From the IMG/VR virus record IMGVR_UViG_3300046559_001153, positions 1 to 64,000 of that record: 64,000 nucleotides of DNA; one strand, 5' to 3'. Both the position numbers and the translations under genes were made by a program. This document shows positions 38,648 through 48,208 of this stretch, piece by piece. Positions within the stretch are counted from its first letter, which is position 1. Each line of letters starts with the position of its first letter. The notes under the pieces are model-generated. The model searched no databases. It worked only from the letters and a program-made list of their open reading frames with translations, and had not been told where the DNA came from.

Positions 38648-39850
38648 AACGGGAGCCTGGACCTCGGCCAGCTTCTTGAGCTGTTCGGTGCTGAAGCCGA
38701 CCGGTCGGTAGGCGGCCTGCTTGATCACGGGGAAAATCCCACTGTCGCGCAACAGCTGGTCAAACAGGTGAGCATCCGGTTGGGGCAGAGTGGCTGCAAC
38801 TTCAGCCATCTTTTCCGGGTCGACATGCAACCCACTGCGAACGGCATCCACGATGTCATCCCCGAACACGGCGTGCAGATCGTCAAGCGGAACCCGCTCA
38901 AAGTCCTTCATCGCGTAGATCGAACCGGTAGTTGTCGCACAGTGCGAGTCTCGCCATTCGGCCACCTTGGTGATGGTCACGCCAAAACAAGCTTCTTCGG
39001 GTCGCAGAATGTTCTCGGTGTAACGACCAGACAGTCCGATCGCCTTGTCGACTTCGTCGAGAACTTGAGCGATCTTGAACTGCATATCCCTGTTGACTGC
39101 CAACGACGGCAGATTCTCTGTCGCATCGGCCAGCTTGGTCAGTCGTTCTCTCGTTGCCGATTCCTTGGCCAGTCGGGCACGCGTGCGGATGGCCGCGGCG
39201 ACGTGCTTGCCGGTGGACATCCCGCGGCAGGCGTGTTGTTCAAGCGGCTCGTACGCGTCTTCCAGGTCGGTACCCAGATCGGTTGCCCGTTTGAGAATCT
39301 TGTCGGCCACGACGTGTCGGTCGTTGAAAGCAAACGAATCGCGATACTGCAGGAACCAGTCGGCGGCCGCTTTGACTTCGTTGACGTTACGCAGTGGCAT
39401 GCGACGGGTCTTGGCGCCGGTAGCCTCGTCCACCCAGACGTAGGCGAACTGGCTGTCCGGCAATTGGTCACTCGCATCCTTGTAGAGCTCAGTGTGACGG
39501 ACGCGAATAGCGTCACAATGGGCCTTGATTCCGAAGTGCGAGGCTGATTTGGCCAATCGCTCATCGACCCAGGATGCTTCCTTGGTCGTGTATTCAGATC
39601 GTTTTTCGGTGAAGAAGAGCGAGCTCAACCATGTCTCCGCCGCCGTCTTGCAGGGGAACAGTCGGCGAACCGGATCACCATACACATTGACTGGCGGACG
39701 AGATGGTTGCAAAATTGTTTCAGCTGTCTTCTCGCTCTCCCCGGCTAGATAGGCCGTGACGAAGGCCGGAGCCGAATAGAGTTTACTCAGGCGATGCCAT
39801 TCGCGGCCCTGGGGATCGTGTGCGTGATCGAAAAGCGTCGCGTCAGCCAT
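38645..39850 (-). CDS. K-x-A-rich protein, putative head/assembly protein
   Basis: 401 aa; 13 of 23 Lys are in K-x-A; same strand as terL. Confidence 0.55.
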   Translation of the reverse strand: MADATLFDHAHDPQGREWHRLSKLYSAPAFVTAYLAGESEKTAETILQPSRPPVNVYGDPVRRLFPCKTAAETWLSSLFFTEKRSEYTTKEASWVDERLAKSASHFGIKAHCDAIRVRHTELYKDASDQLPDSQFAYVWVDEATGAKTRRMPLRNVNEVKAAADWFLQYRDSFAFNDRHVVADKILKRATDLGTDLEDAYEPLEQHACRGMSTGKHVAAAIRTRARLAKESATRERLTKLADATENLPSLAVNRDMQFKIAQVLDEVDKAIGLSGRYTENILRPEEACFGVTITKVAEWRDSHCATTTGSIYAMKDFERVPLDDLHAVFGDDIVDAVRSGLHVDPEKMAEVAATLPQPDAHLFDQLLRDSGIFPVIKQAAYRPVGFSTEQLKKLAEVQAPV

Positions 39851-39874
39851 TTTGACCTCGAAGCGAGAACTGAA

Positions 39875-42601
39875 ATGATCGAGTTGGGTTCACAGACCAA
39901 AGTCATCCACAAGAGTAAGCTCGTATCGCCCGACGTCAAGCTTGCCATTTCAGAAGTTCTGATGGCACTTGGGCTCCCGTCCGGGCCCAACGTTCTGCAG
40001 TCAAGCATAACCTGTCCGTTTTGCGATCACAAGCAATTCTACCTCTACTTGCTCTCCGACGGGGGCCATTGGCACTACTGTTTCGACTGCAAACGTAAGG
40101 GCGATCTGGTCGAGCTGGCGGCCGGTATCTGGCAATTGCCGATTCGAGACACGCTGGCCAGACTTCGAGACATGGCCTTGTTCACCGATACTCGAGCGTT
40201 AGACGCCATCATGCAAAATGAAAAAGAGATGGATCCGTGGAAGTATCGCCAGGCTATTATGGCTTTCTGGGAAACAGCGTCAGAACGCGCCCGGACCGGT
40301 AGTGGTGGGTCAACTCTCGGCGACCTGCGAAACAAATTGGGGATTCGACGTCTCGGCCAACGCCCTGACGTCTGGGCTGCCGGGCTCGGCCAACTGTTTG
40401 GCGAGACCACAGCAAAAGAGGCCCGAGCTCTAGCCCACCCAATTGAAGATTTTGCTGGCCAGAAGAGGATGCGAAGACGAGAGTGGAAGAATGTCCTTGT
40501 CTTGCCGTACTGCCAAGTACCCGAACATATTAGCGCGTTCCTGTTTGTAGGGCGGGAAGGGAAACAATCTCGAGGCGATCACAACTACCAGCCCCTAACA
40601 GCCCGCACGTACGACGAGGCGCCCGACGCCGGCTTGTGGGGGATGTCAACAGCCTGGACAGCCGGAGACGGCTGGCACGACTGCGTGCTGGCCCTCGAGG
40701 ATCCTGTTCTTGCTTTGAGATTGCAGCAACAGCATCTGTTGGCAAATCGTCTTCCGGTCCCCATCGTGTGCTGGTACGACAACGGAGCAATTAAATCGAC
40801 ACAGTGCTGGCGGACATTGCGGGGCAAAAGGGTTATCTTCGTCGCCGACACGTTGACACCCCGGCTGATGCAGCAAGTCAAAATTGCTCGCGGCGAACTT
40901 GTTATCTACGACACGACGTACGACGCCACGCGATTCTGGAAAGACACGTCGGCCAAAGACATGGTCCATCAGTTTTCGGCTACAGCCAAACCTTTAGGTG
41001 AGGCGATCGCTGACTGGCTGCGAACAGCCAAAGCCGTGGAGATAGAGGAACTTTGCCTGGCCTGCGAACGTGCCAATTTTGATCTGGAAGCCGAGTTAAA
41101 GGCGATCAACCGTCCTTTACTGGAAAGAGCCCGACAGTCGGCCGGGAAGACCGCTAACCGGCTGCCAACCATCCAGTTATCGAGAGACACTAAAGTCAAG
41201 CTCGCCATTACGGAATGCGAAAACGAATGGTTGATCAGTTCGCAGCGAACTAAGACCCAGGATGTCGGTTGTAACTGCGTCCTGCGAATCGACCGGACGA
41301 TTTTCTGCCCGGGGCTGGACTCCCCTATTTACGCCGGCCGAGTGTTATACAAAAAGGACGTCATCGACTTCCAGGTTTTGTCGTCGAGACTGGTTAAGGT
41401 CAAGTCTTGCCGATTGTGGCTGGCCAAGTTGCTATTGAAGCGTTTGGGGATCCCTCTTCAGGTCGATCGACGAATTGCCGGGGAGCTGCTGAAAATCGCG
41501 TTGATGTTCAGGCAGCCCGAACGGGTTGACAGTTCGCCGAGAGTGGGCTGGATCAATGACGGACAGCAATTTCAATTGCCCAATCTGACAATTGGAAGTT
41601 CCATTCAGACTCGACTCGTGAGGACGCGACTCGTTCCCGGCTTGAAATTCAAGAAGGTCGAACAACCTGATTTCTCCGGCATGAGAAACAATGAGTCGTC
41701 GCACGCGTTCTGGGCCCTCTTGTCGCTCGGTCTGGCCAACATCATTGCACCGCTACACGGGAAAGAGACAGCCGGGATAGGTCTTCTCGGTAAGGGCGCA
41801 TCTGAAATGGGCAGGTTAGTCGCTGAACACGCATTGGGGATAGCCCCGTTCCGCGGCGTGAGCAGCCTGGGTGAAACGACCGGGAAGATCAGAAAATTGG
41901 AATCGAGACACGCCTGGCCGGTCTACACGGACAAGGCCAGCGAGCAACCGTTTTACAAGCCGTGGCTCCAGTTGTACGGCGTTTCGAAAAACGCCATCGT
42001 ACCGCTCAGCCCGCGTTTGTCGAAGGGTTTGCCTCTTCTCGCCGCCTGGCGACTTGTGACAATCGAAGAGCCTCTCCGCGAGATGGCCTGGATGCGAACT
42101 GAGGGCGAAAAAATAGTTCCCTCCTACCTGGAACACATTTGTCAGAATCAGGTTCAGTTCAATCTTCGCAAGCACTGGGCCAAGGTCATCCTGGAAGATC
42201 TAGCTGAGTGGGTCGGTGAGCGCGAGGGCGATCCCGGGTGTGTGCTGGCTGCTACCAAATACTGGCGGCTCGACTTACCAGCCTCGCAGGGGAAGGCTGT
42301 ACTGGATGTTCTTTTAGCTGGCTACATGTCCGATCGAATAAGCAATGTCCGTATTGAATTTGAACGCACAGTCCGGCTTGGTGTTTTTACAGTAGAAAAT
42401 GAGTCTGAACGTTACCTGATCGTGCCACCGTCTGCCTTCATCAAGTCGGCCGACCGATTGGGACTTGGCGTACTCTCTCCGGCCATAGCCGAGAAAGCTC
42501 TCGCCGATGCTGGCTACCTGTTGGGGCATCAAACCACGGGCCCGCGAACTGGGTGGCGAGTAAATCTGGACGTCTGGAACGATTGTTTGAAAGGATTATA
42601 G
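39875..42601 (+). CDS. Large protein with primase-type N-terminal zinc finger
   Basis: CPFC..WHYCFDC..KGD.VEL; no intact TOPRIM or Walker A visible. Confidence 0.55.
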   Translation: MIELGSQTKVIHKSKLVSPDVKLAISEVLMALGLPSGPNVLQSSITCPFCDHKQFYLYLLSDGGHWHYCFDCKRKGDLVELAAGIWQLPIRDTLARLRDMALFTDTRALDAIMQNEKEMDPWKYRQAIMAFWETASERARTGSGGSTLGDLRNKLGIRRLGQRPDVWAAGLGQLFGETTAKEARALAHPIEDFAGQKRMRRREWKNVLVLPYCQVPEHISAFLFVGREGKQSRGDHNYQPLTARTYDEAPDAGLWGMSTAWTAGDGWHDCVLALEDPVLALRLQQQHLLANRLPVPIVCWYDNGAIKSTQCWRTLRGKRVIFVADTLTPRLMQQVKIARGELVIYDTTYDATRFWKDTSAKDMVHQFSATAKPLGEAIADWLRTAKAVEIEELCLACERANFDLEAELKAINRPLLERARQSAGKTANRLPTIQLSRDTKVKLAITECENEWLISSQRTKTQDVGCNCVLRIDRTIFCPGLDSPIYAGRVLYKKDVIDFQVLSSRLVKVKSCRLWLAKLLLKRLGIPLQVDRRIAGELLKIALMFRQPERVDSSPRVGWINDGQQFQLPNLTIGSSIQTRLVRTRLVPGLKFKKVEQPDFSGMRNNESSHAFWALLSLGLANIIAPLHGKETAGIGLLGKGASEMGRLVAEHALGIAPFRGVSSLGETTGKIRKLESRHAWPVYTDKASEQPFYKPWLQLYGVSKNAIVPLSPRLSKGLPLLAAWRLVTIEEPLREMAWMRTEGEKIVPSYLEHICQNQVQFNLRKHWAKVILEDLAEWVGEREGDPGCVLAATKYWRLDLPASQGKAVLDVLLAGYMSDRISNVRIEFERTVRLGVFTVENESERYLIVPPSAFIKSADRLGLGVLSPAIAEKALADAGYLLGHQTTGPRTGWRVNLDVWNDCLKGL

Positions 42602-42603
42602 GG

Positions 42604-42876
42604 ATGTTGACGCAGATTCACGTGAACCAACATGTCATTCGAAAAAACAAGAAAACGGGGAAACGGGCGCCTGTGCTGACGGTCAAAACGTCTAAAGGCG
42701 TTCTACGAGGAAACAGAGTCATAGCGCCGGGGTTTGAGGTGGTCTACCAGCCTGACGATCCGTTGAGCTGCGGTGCTCACGTCTGGGTCGAGACAACTGA
42801 TGATGTTGTTGTTCAGCAGAGAACGAGAACCAAGCGACGTCGATGCCAGCGAGTCCCTGTCAAACCGAAGGATTAG
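42604..42876 (+). CDS. Small phage hypothetical protein
   Basis: IHVNQHVI..N.K.G...P.LTVK, VY.P..PLSCGA.VW.ET. Confidence 0.7.
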   Translation: MLTQIHVNQHVIRKNKKTGKRAPVLTVKTSKGVLRGNRVIAPGFEVVYQPDDPLSCGAHVWVETTDDVVVQQRTRTKRRRCQRVPVKPKD

Positions 42877-43332
42877 ATGACCACCCTCGACGATCTTCAG
42901 TTGTTAATCACGCTGCCGGAAAAGGGGAAGAAGTCCGTCAAGCTCGACGAGGGCCGAGTCACCTGGCGGGGCAACTCGGGCGGCTGCCGAGTCGGGACGG
43001 TCATGTTCCAGTTCGACGCCATAGAAACGACAGTTTACATTCCCCGATTGTACGGCGGACGTAAGATGTTGAAGATGCTCATGGAGCTGGTCAACCAACC
43101 GAGTTGTACTCTTTACGACGTCTGTTTCACGCAGATTGACGATTTGTTCGTGAAGTTTGACCAGATGGAAGCATCCAACGCAGAGAAGTACATGCCGACA
43201 GGCCAGATGGGTACAATACACGGACTCACATTACAACGGTTCCACCTGCCAAATATGTCGCACATCGCTATCGGACCTCAGCCGGAAGACAGGCGTTGGG
43301 GAACTGGTGGTAGAAGGGTTATCATCCGATGA
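42877..43332 (+). CDS. C-terminal tag protein 1 (..WGTGGRRVIIR)
   Basis: AAGGA SD; ATGA coupling to next gene. Confidence 0.7.
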   Translation: MTTLDDLQLLITLPEKGKKSVKLDEGRVTWRGNSGGCRVGTVMFQFDAIETTVYIPRLYGGRKMLKMLMELVNQPSCTLYDVCFTQIDDLFVKFDQMEASNAEKYMPTGQMGTIHGLTLQRFHLPNMSHIAIGPQPEDRRWGTGGRRVIIR

Positions 43333-43658
43333 GCGATGACGAGGCCACACTGAACGATGACCAGGTGCGCGAGTTGAATACAGCATTCTTCGAGGCGTTG
43401 GCTCTACCGGCGGATTCGCCCGGGCATCGCCTGGTGGCGGATTGTGCCAACGATTTTACTCGCATGCGAATGCTTGAATCGGGACTCATACGAAGTTTAT
43501 TTCCGCCGATCCCGATAGACGGAGAGCCTCAACTTGTGACCACGCCATCGAGTTTTCCAAATCCATTGTTTGGATACTGGGACACGTCGCTCGGAGAACC
43601 GTACAAACCACGGCGGTCAGTCTGGCAACGGCCTAATAGAAGGATAATCATCCGATGA
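43329..43658 (+). CDS. C-terminal tag protein 2 (..WQRPNRRIIIR)
   Basis: ATGA coupling on both sides. Confidence 0.7.
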   Translation: MSDDEATLNDDQVRELNTAFFEALALPADSPGHRLVADCANDFTRMRMLESGLIRSLFPPIPIDGEPQLVTTPSSFPNPLFGYWDTSLGEPYKPRRSVWQRPNRRIIIR

Positions 43659-44014
43659 GACGTTTTGAATGCGTAGCCGGAAGCGCCAATAAATTCTGGG
43701 AGGTCCGCGTCGACGGTGTCAGAGTACACGTCCGGTTCGGCCGACGCGGCACAAACGGTCAGTCCGAAACAAAAACCATGGATACCCCGGCGGCAGCTCA
43801 GCGGTACATGAACACTAAGATCAACGAGAAGCGTAGAAAAGGGTATGTGGAGATTGTTCCCACTGCGCGACCCATCCTGCGGGTGTCTCCAGCCGTCGAA
43901 TCGCCGCGGAGACGTGAGACGGCGAGTGCTCCGCCAGTCGCCCAACAAACTGCAAACGCTGCCAGGGCCAACAGACAATTCGACACCACGAAGAAACGGA
44001 TTATCCTGCGATGA
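43655..44014 (+). CDS. WGR-domain protein; tag protein 3 (..FDTTKKRIILR)
   Basis: MRRFE...G.ANKFWEV..V.VRFGR.GT.GQ..K..EK.RKGY.E. Confidence 0.85.
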   Translation: MRRFECVAGSANKFWEVRVDGVRVHVRFGRRGTNGQSETKTMDTPAAAQRYMNTKINEKRRKGYVEIVPTARPILRVSPAVESPRRRETASAPPVAQQTANAARANRQFDTTKKRIILR

Positions 44015-45051
44015 CCAACGTTCTCAGGGGGTGGGCTGCAAATACGAATTCGCCGGACTTCCGTGCAGAAATTTCCCAATCGACAACGCCAGGCTACGGG
44101 CCGACAAGGCAAGCAGCTGCACCAACTGGAGATCAATCGATGCCAGTCTACGAAGAAAGAAGAGTTAACGATCACCCGGCATTCGCGATGGCACAGGCTC
44201 AGATGAGGGGACTGAATCGCACATTTGGTGATTTTCGCGACCGCCGTATTTATCATTTGACGCTCGGTCACGCCGTACTTCGTTTTGGGCAAGATCCGAC
44301 GCGGCGAGCAATGGCCTATAATCTACGGATAAGCCGCGTCGACTCCTTGAACTACATAGCCATTGAAGCTCCGAATGTCGTATTGCTGCCTAGCGTAGCT
44401 ACCTGGCTTGTCGCAAATGATTTGTTTGGCGAGCTGAACATTCTCGATCCCCACGCTGGCAGCATGACTTTTTCTAATTGCCGACTTTCGAGGGTGGGCA
44501 CAGGAATTCTCGGCCGAACAGGCGCAGGACAGGCGGTCCAGACCATTGACGGTATTTCGATCTTTTGTAGCAATGGAGACGTGGTTGTAGACGCGGCAGC
44601 CTTGCCTGGACCGTCGCCCGGACTGTTGCCTTCAGGCAGCTCGTTAGGCGAGGCGAGTTTGCGGCTGCTGCACGGCGATCAGCCCAACCTTCATCCTCCA
44701 CAGGTTATAGGAGCGATCCAGGCGGATGGCAGTTGGGTGTCCGTCCCGCCACCGTCATCTGCCCCGCAGGACATAGGAGCGATCCAAGCGTTCCGAGCGG
44801 CAGAGTCTGGCAGGTGGTCGCCCATCAACCCGCCGTTGTCCGCTCCGCCAGTACAGTCACAGGAATACGCCGACTACTCTGATCGGGTGGCGGACGCCGA
44901 AGGAGGGCAGCTTTACTCGCCGGAAGAGCTTAATCGCCGGGCCTGGGCCTTAGTAGATCAGGCTCAACAGAACCTAAAACGCCAGGAAGCCGTGCAGGCA
45001 AGAAAGGCCCGAGTGTGGAACAAGACGACAAAACGCATTGTAATTCGTTGA
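44011..45051 (+). CDS. C-terminal tag protein 4 (..WNKTTKRIVIR)
   Basis: 346 aa; internal duplication IGAIQA...W..PP.SAP. Confidence 0.7.
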   Translation: MTNVLRGWAANTNSPDFRAEISQSTTPGYGPTRQAAAPTGDQSMPVYEERRVNDHPAFAMAQAQMRGLNRTFGDFRDRRIYHLTLGHAVLRFGQDPTRRAMAYNLRISRVDSLNYIAIEAPNVVLLPSVATWLVANDLFGELNILDPHAGSMTFSNCRLSRVGTGILGRTGAGQAVQTIDGISIFCSNGDVVVDAAALPGPSPGLLPSGSSLGEASLRLLHGDQPNLHPPQVIGAIQADGSWVSVPPPSSAPQDIGAIQAFRAAESGRWSPINPPLSAPPVQSQEYADYSDRVADAEGGQLYSPEELNRRAWALVDQAQQNLKRQEAVQARKARVWNKTTKRIVIR

Positions 45052-45572
45052 ACCTGCGTAACTGGCTCAACACGTTGGTCCGCCGCATCAAGGTGGCTGT
45101 GTTCGGCCGTCAAAATTTGCCGGTCGTTGAGCCAGAATCACGTACCTACGACCAGATCGAGGCCGCACTAGCTTTCGACACTAGGGTCCTACAAGAGTAC
45201 ACTGACGCGCGATATCGACAACTAGCCCACCTGCGAGGACTCCGCGACTCTCGGACGGTTGTATTTCCGGGACATGAGGTGATCATTAACGGAATCGATT
45301 GGTCGGCCACAGGCCACCAGACGATGCAAGCACGCTGGGAAGCCATGGCCGCTCGCGAGTTGCAGACTAGTGAAGACAGCCGGCTTATTGAGCAGTTGCC
45401 GGCTTCCAAGCAAACTGACACCAAAATTACGCCTCCCCATCCCACTCCCAAACGAGCGGTTCACTGGGTTCCAGGTAAGCCTCGAGTTCTCCTTCGAGAG
45501 CGTACTTCTGCGAGTTCGCCAGATTCGGCCAGCGACCCTGGCTGTGCCACAGAGCCACGCAGCCCATGTTGA
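45048..45572 (+). CDS. Tag protein 5 (..WVPGKPRVLLR plus extension), overlapping terL 3' end
   Basis: TTGA coupling; 146-bp convergent overlap with terL. Confidence 0.55.
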   Translation: MNLRNWLNTLVRRIKVAVFGRQNLPVVEPESRTYDQIEAALAFDTRVLQEYTDARYRQLAHLRGLRDSRTVVFPGHEVIINGIDWSATGHQTMQARWEAMAARELQTSEDSRLIEQLPASKQTDTKITPPHPTPKRAVHWVPGKPRVLLRERTSASSPDSASDPGCATEPRSPC

Positions 45573-47280
45573 CGGCCTGGGCGAAGTCGTCGGGGTGCAT
45601 GGGGTTCTTGCCGATCGTGTAGGCTTCTTTTCCGAATCGTGTCGGAATCTTCTCTTCGACGAGCGACAGGAAGTCGTTCATCAGGCCTTCATGATCCTTG
45701 TCCAGGTAGTCGTACTGGAAGAACCGGATCTCGCAGTTCTTGATCTGTTGGCACGTCAGCAAGAGGCTGCGAGCCTTGTCGACCTGCCAGTGCTCCTTGG
45801 GGTGCTTCTCAGTCGCCAGCTTGAAGGTGAGGATATTCGCAAAGGCTGCACGAACGTAGGCGACCGGCATGATCCTCGACTGGGGCATACCTGTATGCAG
45901 CAGGAATGTTTCACGTAACGACCCGGCGCCCGTGTAGTCATGCACAAGAGCGTCGCACTTGAAGACGCGGAAGAATCTGGCAGCCATCTGAGCTTCGACA
46001 ACGTGTTCAGACGGGTTCAACGATCGATGCCCGTAGATCACGTCAATCTTTCCGTCCGGCAGCATGCCCATGACGGCAAAGGTTGTGAAGCTCTGGAACC
46101 TCTCACCTACGGCACCCCAGTCAACAGACAGGATGACCTTGATGTAGTCCCCTCGAGGAACCATTTCGGCCTGCTCAAACGTATTGCGGTGCGGGAGACT
46201 GGCCGCTCGTTTGAGGTCCGTTCGTGTGACCAGCTTGGTTCCCGTATCGGAGCTCTCGCCCAGGATTTCGTTGTGGAAGATGGCTTGGGTCATGTTGCCA
46301 GCGCCAGCCTGTCTGGCCAGTAGTTCGGCCCATTTTTCCCGGCTTGCATAGTGGGCCGGGAAAATAATCTGCGGCATGTGGTACCCGGCCATCGTTTGCC
46401 GTTTGTCAGCCACCTGGTGGATCCACCAGCCGTTTCTCGGATCGACTGGCTTGCGACATTTGGCACAGATGGTGCCCGGCCGCCTTGGACCGATGTCTGG
46501 GTGCCACGGTCCGAGCATCTTCTCCAGGTCGTGTGTCAGCGCGGGCACGTTGTCGTAATGGCATGCGTCGCACGGTACGATCCATTCGGCCATGCTGGAC
46601 GACGACCAGAGACCCTCGAGCGTGTTATCGAGAGTCAACGGAGTTCCGGTGTACAGCTCCCAGCCCCAGCGCGAGTAGGCCATAACCTGGGTGATCACAC
46701 CGATCAACGAACTGTCCAGGTTTTGAACTTCGTCAAAATTGATCTCGTCGCCCGACACGCCGCGGATACGATTCGCGTCACGAAAGGCAAAACTGAAAAT
46801 CATCATCGATTTGTTGCGGAATGTTTTCTGCAGCACGCTGCCGTTGCTCTTGCTGTTGACGAACAGCGTTCGCACGGGCGAATCGTTGATGAACGGCTCG
46901 ACGTAGTTTGTCGAGAACCGGCGAATCTGCTCGAACAGGGGAGTAACTGTGAGCAGCTTGAAATGCTTAATCGCATTGCACCGAGCCAGACCGATCGCGG
47001 CCAGACTGGTCGATTTTGAGATCTGGCGACCCGCCTTAACGACGGTCACTTTTGGTGAATGCGTTTTGAATAACGGCTCGAACGGAAAATGGTCATCGAG
47101 CGAATAAGGTTTTCCGTTCAGTGTGAACAAACTCGACAGAATCGGCCGCAACGTAGGGATATGCGTCTGTTCGAAAAATCGCAATTCCTTTTTGAGCTTC
47201 GCGAGCTCACGTTTAGAAAGCGGTGGTTTCTTTCTCGGCCCCTCATCCTTTTCAGGAGACAAAATTGCGTCCAAATCCAT
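45427..47280 (-). CDS. terL: Terminase large subunit (lambda gpA-like)
   Basis: KAGRQISKST, RIRG, FDEVQ, GTP, CxxC pairs, GYH..Q, NEILGE, nuclease SVDWG and DDFAQA. Confidence 0.85.
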   Translation of the reverse strand: MDLDAILSPEKDEGPRKKPPLSKRELAKLKKELRFFEQTHIPTLRPILSSLFTLNGKPYSLDDHFPFEPLFKTHSPKVTVVKAGRQISKSTSLAAIGLARCNAIKHFKLLTVTPLFEQIRRFSTNYVEPFINDSPVRTLFVNSKSNGSVLQKTFRNKSMMIFSFAFRDANRIRGVSGDEINFDEVQNLDSSLIGVITQVMAYSRWGWELYTGTPLTLDNTLEGLWSSSSMAEWIVPCDACHYDNVPALTHDLEKMLGPWHPDIGPRRPGTICAKCRKPVDPRNGWWIHQVADKRQTMAGYHMPQIIFPAHYASREKWAELLARQAGAGNMTQAIFHNEILGESSDTGTKLVTRTDLKRAASLPHRNTFEQAEMVPRGDYIKVILSVDWGAVGERFQSFTTFAVMGMLPDGKIDVIYGHRSLNPSEHVVEAQMAARFFRVFKCDALVHDYTGAGSLRETFLLHTGMPQSRIMPVAYVRAAFANILTFKLATEKHPKEHWQVDKARSLLLTCQQIKNCEIRFFQYDYLDKDHEGLMNDFLSLVEEKIPTRFGKEAYTIGKNPMHPDDFAQAVNMGCVALWHSQGRWPNLANSQKYALEGELEAYLEPSEPLVWEWDGEA

Positions 47281-47375
47281 AGTTCAAATTCCCTGGTAGA
47301 GCGTCGTACCGAATCGTGCTACGCTATGAAATGCTACGGGGACCACGTTCACCTTGCGAGACAAGGGCTGTCACA

Positions 47376-47612
47376 ATGGCTGTATCACGCAGCAGTAGAG
47401 AGTTTTTAGAGCGCCATGGGATCATACCGACGCTACGTTCGCCGACGCAACGGCTAAATGTCAGCGACCTGTTGATCCGCAGCTACCCTTTGACGCCTCC
47501 TTTGCCTCTGGCAGAAGAGGTCATTCACTCTGAAGGAACACCATCACCTGACCGGGCCGTAACGGAATCGTGGCCGGTCGTGTTGCCAATTCCTCCGAAC
47601 GTGAGTGCATAG
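47376..47612 (+). CDS. Small Pro-rich hypothetical protein
   Basis: Divergent from terL; weak support. Confidence 0.35.
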   Translation: MAVSRSSREFLERHGIIPTLRSPTQRLNVSDLLIRSYPLTPPLPLAEEVIHSEGTPSPDRAVTESWPVVLPIPPNVSA

Positions 47613-47767
47613 TCCAGGTGCTCGATCTGAGTAAGTGGCTGCAGAATGTCGTCGGTCTTCTGGTACTGAGCGGGGCGGTTTGTGTTGCCGTAACTGGCGA
47701 CGCCTCGATCCTTTTCCCGATCGGCCTGACGATTTTGATTTTCTGCAGTCTGTTGGCTCGTCGCTAA
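47570..47767 (+). CDS. Small two-TM membrane protein (start uncertain)
   Basis: VVGLLVLSGAVCVAV and ILFPIGLTILIFCSLL. Confidence 0.5.
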   Translation: MAGRVANSSERECIVQVLDLSKWLQNVVGLLVLSGAVCVAVTGDASILFPIGLTILIFCSLLARR

Positions 47768-47788
47768 ACGGGCACAATCTCTGAACGC

Positions 47789-47813
47789 ACCCGCTTCTTG
47801 CGGGTTTTTTATT
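47789..47813 (+). terminator. Intrinsic terminator
   Basis: ACCCGC-TTCTT-GCGGGT then T-run. Confidence 0.65.
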
Positions 47814-47824
47814 TGGAACAACTG

Positions 47825-48208
47825 ATGACTTGGATGGACTTGATCATTGGCGGGCTTTCAACAGCATATCTGACGAACTACTGCGACCTGAGGTGGCGTA
47901 CGCAAATTCGTGATGTGCCAGAGTCCTACCGTCGCAAGACGACAGGACCGTCGGGCCCGCTACTCGAGTTTTTGGTACGGGCGACCGTACAGGTCCAGCG
48001 TTGGTTGTCTCTTTCACATTGGGCGGCACTCAACATCCTGTCAATCCTAACACTGGCGGATTATCTGCCAGCCGGGTTGGCGTATGGCTTAAAGCTACCG
48101 ATCTACGCCTTGTCCGCTGCGAGCGTGTCGACGCGCGTTTGCCGGGCAGGCTGGATGTTGAGGCCCAGTGTTTCGCTCGTCAATCATCACCGTATCAGAG
48201 GGACATAA
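47825..48208 (+). CDS. Membrane protein
   Basis: Several hydrophobic segments. Confidence 0.5.
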   Translation: MTWMDLIIGGLSTAYLTNYCDLRWRTQIRDVPESYRRKTTGPSGPLLEFLVRATVQVQRWLSLSHWAALNILSILTLADYLPAGLAYGLKLPIYALSAASVSTRVCRAGWMLRPSVSLVNHHRIRGT

